From the NCBI GenBank assembly GCA_963663165.1, contig OY760175.1, positions 832,001 to 896,000 of the forward strand: 64,000 bases of DNA. The letters are read 5' to 3'. Made by a program: the position numbers and the translations under genes. Source of the DNA: an uncultured Desulfospira sp. (GTDB taxonomy: Bacteria; Desulfobacterota; Desulfobacteria; Desulfobacterales; Desulfobacteraceae). This document shows positions 59,991 to 64,000 of the stretch, piece by piece. The notes under the pieces are model-generated. The model was not told the origin of the DNA and ran no database searches. It saw only the letters and a program-made list of their open reading frames with translations. How positions within the stretch are numbered: the first letter of the stretch is position 1; the number at the start of each line of letters is the position of its first letter.

Positions 59991-62660
59991 ATGATTGTCA
60001 GAACCAAATTAATTGTCCCGGAACAAAGATCTGAAATGGTTCTGCGGCAGCACCTTACAGACCGCCTGGCGGCGGGGGAGAAACGGCCCCTTATCCTGAT
60101 CACCGGGTGTGCCGGCGCAGGCAAAACCGCCCTGGCCGTAAAGTGGCTTTCCCAAAAAGACCGCCACCCGGCCTGGTACACCCTTGATCCCCGTGACAAT
60201 GATCCCGGCCTCTTTTTACGGCATCTTCTCATCAGCCTCTTGTCCATCAGCGATCCCATTGATAAGGCCGTCGGCCCCCTTCTCCAGGGACACAGATCCG
60301 TGGCCGACCCGGATGTGGCCGCCGCCGTTCTCGATGCCTTCAGCGCGGAGGCCGGGCCGGTTTACCTGGTGTTTGATAACTTTCATGTCCTGACCTGCCG
60401 CCCGATCCTGGATTTTGTGGCCCACCTGATCCAGTATGCCCCCAAGGCCCTTCACCTGGTCATCATCAGCCGGTCCCAGCCGCCGTTTCCCCTTTCCCGG
60501 CTGCGGGCCGGAAACCGGATAACCGAACTTCACCCGGAAGCGTTGAAATTCAGCCGGGACGAAACCCGCTTCTATTTGACCCGGGTGGCCGGGCTGGACC
60601 TGCGGCCGGACCAGGCCGACACCATTTTTGAGGCCACCGAAGGCTGGATATCCGGGCTGGTGCTGACCAGGGCGGCCCTGCACCGAAAGGATCCGGTATC
60701 AGCGATTTCCAATATCACGCCCTTTGTTGAGAATGCCGTTGTCAATGAATATTTCAACGAAGAGGTCATTGACACCCTCCCCCCGGACCTACAGGATTTT
60801 TTGCTTACAATCTGCATCCTGAACCGGTTTAATGCCGCACTGTGCCGGGAGGTAACCGGCCGGACCGGCTGCCGTGACGTCCTGACCACCCTGTACCGGA
60901 ACCATTCATTTATCATCTCCCTGGATGCCGGGGGCGAATGGTTCCGGTTTCACCGGCTTTTTGCCCGGGCCCTGAGAAACCATCCCCATGCCATATCCAC
61001 CCAAAAGGCCGTCCTGCTCCATAAAAAAGCGGCCTTATGGAACGCCCGGCACTATCTTCTCGACCAGGCCTTTGACCACGCCCTGAAAGCTTATGACACC
61101 GAATTTCTGGCAGACCTGATGGAAGATCACCTGATGTTTTATTTTCTGGAGTGCGACTTTGAACCGGTGTGCCGTCTGTTGGATGCCCTGCCGGCACAAC
61201 GGATTGACACCTCTTTGATCCTCTCGGTTTACCGGCTGATGGTGTTGATCTCCACTTGGGATCTGATCCCGGCCCCCGGGCTTTTCAAGGCCCTTGAAAG
61301 GCGGAAAACCGAACTGCTGGACCAGTGCCCGGACCGTAAAAAAGAATTTGCCCTGGCCCTGTGGGCCCTTGCCGGACACGCCATGGCCGCGGCCCATGAC
61401 CCGACGTTATGCCGCCTGGACCAGCTTACCCGGGACATTGACCACATGCCCGAAACATATCCGTTGCTCACGCTGTTTTTATCCGAGCTTCGGCTGCTGA
61501 TTCAACTTGACAGGGGAGACCTGTCCCTGTCCCACGCCTTTATTGAGGACCAGAAAGAGCTGTATCAGACACTGGAGATCGGGTTTGGCTATTTTACTCT
61601 GTTAAGGGCCTATGCCCAGATTGAGATCGCCATGGGAAACATGACCAGGGCCACGCAGCGATTGGGGCAGTGGTTTGACCAGGCCGCGGGAACCGGCATA
61701 TCCGCCGCCCCCTACCAGGCCGATTATTTTTATATGATGAGCCGCATCCGCTACCTGGAAAACCGGCTGGACAAGGCCCTTTCCAACATCAACAAGGCCC
61801 ATGATTTTTTAAGAACATCCCGGATCAATATTTTCCTTTGCGAAATTTACATCCAGACGGCGTTCATCCTCCAGGCCATGGGCCGGTCATCAACCGCCTT
61901 TTTTAATATGGAAAAAGCCCTGCACAGGGCCGACGGATCGGGAAGCCGCTATCTGATCCGGACCGCCCGGGCCGCCATGGCCAAACTTGGCCTGCTCCAG
62001 GGCAAACGCCAGGCGGCACAGGCCTGGTCAACGAAAAATCCCCTGTCATTGGATGAGCCCTTTTGTGAAGCCTTTGAATCCGACTGCCTGGTGCAGGCCT
62101 TTCTTCTCCTTGACCAGGCGCGGTTTCAAGAGGCCTGCCGCCTCATGGAAACCCTTCGGCCCCGGGCCCTGAAGCGGCACAGAAGAACGGCCGTGCTTGA
62201 AGCCGATATCATCCGGGCGGCAGCCTTGAACGGCCTGGGGGAAAAAGAAAACGCCGTGCGGATCCTGGAACTTGGCCTTTGCTTTGCCGTCCCCGAGCAA
62301 TACATCCAGCCGTTTGTGATCTACTCGCCCTATATTGCCGACCTTCTGATCACCCTTTCCAGTGCAACGGATCCCGTGGTCAAGGCCCATGCCGCCGTAA
62401 TCTGCGGCCACTGCCGCCTTGAAAAACCCCTGGAGCGGCCGCAGAAAACCATCCCCGTCACCGCCTTTGACAGCCTGAACCAAAAAGAGTTCGACATTTT
62501 AAAGCTCATCGACCTTGGCTGTTCAAACCGGGAAATCGCCCAGAAGATGCATATCTCCATCAACACGGTCAAGTTCTACAACAAATCCCTGTTCACCAAG
62601 CTGTCCGTCAAAAACCGGGTCCAGGCCGTCACCAGGGCAAGGCAGCTGAATATTTTTTAA
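59991..62660 (+). CDS. MalT-like STAND/LuxR transcriptional regulator 2
   Basis: IVRTKL, GCAGAGKT, LVFDNFH, TEGW, WFRFHRLF, LuxR HTH; same length (889 aa) as its neighbour. Confidence 0.95.
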   Translation: MIVRTKLIVPEQRSEMVLRQHLTDRLAAGEKRPLILITGCAGAGKTALAVKWLSQKDRHPAWYTLDPRDNDPGLFLRHLLISLLSISDPIDKAVGPLLQGHRSVADPDVAAAVLDAFSAEAGPVYLVFDNFHVLTCRPILDFVAHLIQYAPKALHLVIISRSQPPFPLSRLRAGNRITELHPEALKFSRDETRFYLTRVAGLDLRPDQADTIFEATEGWISGLVLTRAALHRKDPVSAISNITPFVENAVVNEYFNEEVIDTLPPDLQDFLLTICILNRFNAALCREVTGRTGCRDVLTTLYRNHSFIISLDAGGEWFRFHRLFARALRNHPHAISTQKAVLLHKKAALWNARHYLLDQAFDHALKAYDTEFLADLMEDHLMFYFLECDFEPVCRLLDALPAQRIDTSLILSVYRLMVLISTWDLIPAPGLFKALERRKTELLDQCPDRKKEFALALWALAGHAMAAAHDPTLCRLDQLTRDIDHMPETYPLLTLFLSELRLLIQLDRGDLSLSHAFIEDQKELYQTLEIGFGYFTLLRAYAQIEIAMGNMTRATQRLGQWFDQAAGTGISAAPYQADYFYMMSRIRYLENRLDKALSNINKAHDFLRTSRINIFLCEIYIQTAFILQAMGRSSTAFFNMEKALHRADGSGSRYLIRTARAAMAKLGLLQGKRQAAQAWSTKNPLSLDEPFCEAFESDCLVQAFLLLDQARFQEACRLMETLRPRALKRHRRTAVLEADIIRAAALNGLGEKENAVRILELGLCFAVPEQYIQPFVIYSPYIADLLITLSSATDPVVKAHAAVICGHCRLEKPLERPQKTIPVTAFDSLNQKEFDILKLIDLGCSNREIAQKMHISINTVKFYNKSLFTKLSVKNRVQAVTRARQLNIF

Positions 62661-63157
62661 TCCCGGCCCGGCTTTATGGCTGTGCCGCAGTCCGCCATAG
62701 GTGCCGCTCAGCACCAGACTCAAAGATCTGTAAAAATTTAAAATTATGGACTGTTGGCTTTTAATAATAGTCCGGGGTTTTGAATCCGGCCGTCACTGCA
62801 TTTTGTTTTTGACATAGTCCTCCGTCAGGAATTTTTAATCCCCCCCAACAATACTTCTGTCATTGAACGCTGATTCCAAATCGGCTCGGGCGACTATAAA
62901 TATCATCATTATTGACTTTGCCATTTCTCATTTTCAATTTTCTGAAAAAGAAATTTAACAGGGCATAAAATTGACTGTTGCAATTTCCAGCAGAGGGTGT
63001 TTAATCTCCAATTATTTTGAATTTTAGATTAAAGCCCATTGTCCAATAATACTGTTAGGCTTTCAGAAAAAAATAGAGGGCGATTAATTTCCAATAATTA
63101 TGGATTTTCAGACTTTTAGAAAAATAATGTAACTTCTACTCTGTAGAGGGGGGAACA

Positions 63158-64000
63158 ATGAATATTCGACAAGATATAGTTCTTATTGCCGTTTGTTTTA
63201 TTGTAGTATTTGTTTCAAATTTGCATGCTTCGAACCTAATTTTAAATGGTGACTTTAGTGCCGGTAATACTGGATTCAGTACAGGGTATTCACTTGGATT
63301 GTCTCATACCTCAGGAACGTACGGTATTTTCACAGCAGGCGTTAATACTGGATTCTTTGGAATAGTTCCAAACGACCATACTACGGATGATGGTGAAATG
63401 TTTCTTGCAAATGGAGCCAATTCGAATACCTTGATTTGGGGACAGGATGTGGCTGTTCAACAAGACACAGTTTATAATTTTTCTATGTGGGCTATGACAC
63501 TTGCGATGGGTAATGGTGGTAATAATTCCGATTTGGAAGTAATGATCAATGGTTTACCTATTGGACCAATACTCGGAACCCCATTCCAGAATAGAAGCCC
63601 TTGGATCAATTTCACTGCGATATGGGACTCAGGAAGTAGCACCATTGCACAGATTCGCATTTTTGAAAGTTCTCTAGAATCTAGTGGGAACGACTTTGGC
63701 TTAGACGATATATCACTATCGGCTATTCTCCTTACTCACATTACAAGTTCAAATAGTGCACAGGCAATGCCAATAGGTGGTTCATTATCAGAACAAATTG
63801 AAAAAGTAAATTTTGGTCCACCTGCATATAACTCTGATGAATGGGAGGTTGCTCATAGCTTTTCTTACGATAATCATATGGCAAGTTCGTTTGAGTGTTC
63901 AGATCCAGATGTGTCAGACCCTTTAAATGAACCACATGTTTCAGCCAATGAATTTATCGATGATGCGTTTGAAGTAACTTATGACAATTGTTCCTCTGCA
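63158..64000 (+). CDS. Secreted beta-sandwich protein, truncated by the window end; absent from the ORF track
   Basis: RBS GAGGGGG; MNIRQDIVLIAVCFIVVFVSNLHA signal peptide; NLILNGDFSAGNTGF, DHTTDDGEMFLANG, GNDFGLDDISL; frame open to 64000. Confidence 0.85.
   Translation, partial: MNIRQDIVLIAVCFIVVFVSNLHASNLILNGDFSAGNTGFSTGYSLGLSHTSGTYGIFTAGVNTGFFGIVPNDHTTDDGEMFLANGANSNTLIWGQDVAVQQDTVYNFSMWAMTLAMGNGGNNSDLEVMINGLPIGPILGTPFQNRSPWINFTAIWDSGSSTIAQIRIFESSLESSGNDFGLDDISLSAILLTHITSSNSAQAMPIGGSLSEQIEKVNFGPPAYNSDEWEVAHSFSYDNHMASSFECSDPDVSDPLNEPHVSANEFIDDAFEVTYDNCSSA

Noticed and set aside
62746..62925. Two short minus-strand ORFs (about 32 and 23 aa), one with GGAGG
   Set aside because: No recognisable motif and short RBS spacing; cannot be told from chance.

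Overview
A 64-kb bacterial chromosomal segment. Gene content (AcsE-like and corrinoid methyltransferases, sigma54-driven glnK-amtB, Fe-S flavoprotein, glyQS, PEP-CTERM-type CAAX protease) suggests an anaerobic deltaproteobacterium, probably Desulfobacteraceae-like (inference). A housekeeping core (surA-like x2, mgtE, recO, GHMP kinase, glyQ, glyS, nucleoside phosphorylase, ligA; modABC; glnK-amtB; Mn/Zn ABC) is flanked by accessory regions. Best candidates for undescribed biology: (1) a corrinoid-dependent methyl-transfer cluster (DUF917, corrinoid protein, UroD/MtaA-family methyltransferase, Isf, MFS, AcsE-like, DDAH) divergent from two tandem 889-aa MalT/STAND regulators, one with a Walker B DD-to-DN change; (2) a GAF protein with split class III nucleotidyl-cyclase-like motifs near an Npt/TLC-HEAT-cNMP transporter; (3) a degenerate radical-SAM-like/GNAT fusion coupled to a RimK ATP-grasp; (4) a small Arg-rich DRR-repeat protein with a structured leader next to a bacterial cereblon. 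Intergenic DNA is crowded with repeats: 7-nt-periodic arrays, GTAG REP-like hairpins, two long palindromes abutting TAG stops and a dispersed 91-bp repeat. There is also a double-deletion scar of a molybdopterin oxidoreductase operon and an AT-rich secreted-protein ORF running off the right end. No rRNA, tRNA, CRISPR array or transposase was seen. All annotation is by motif recognition; no searches were run.
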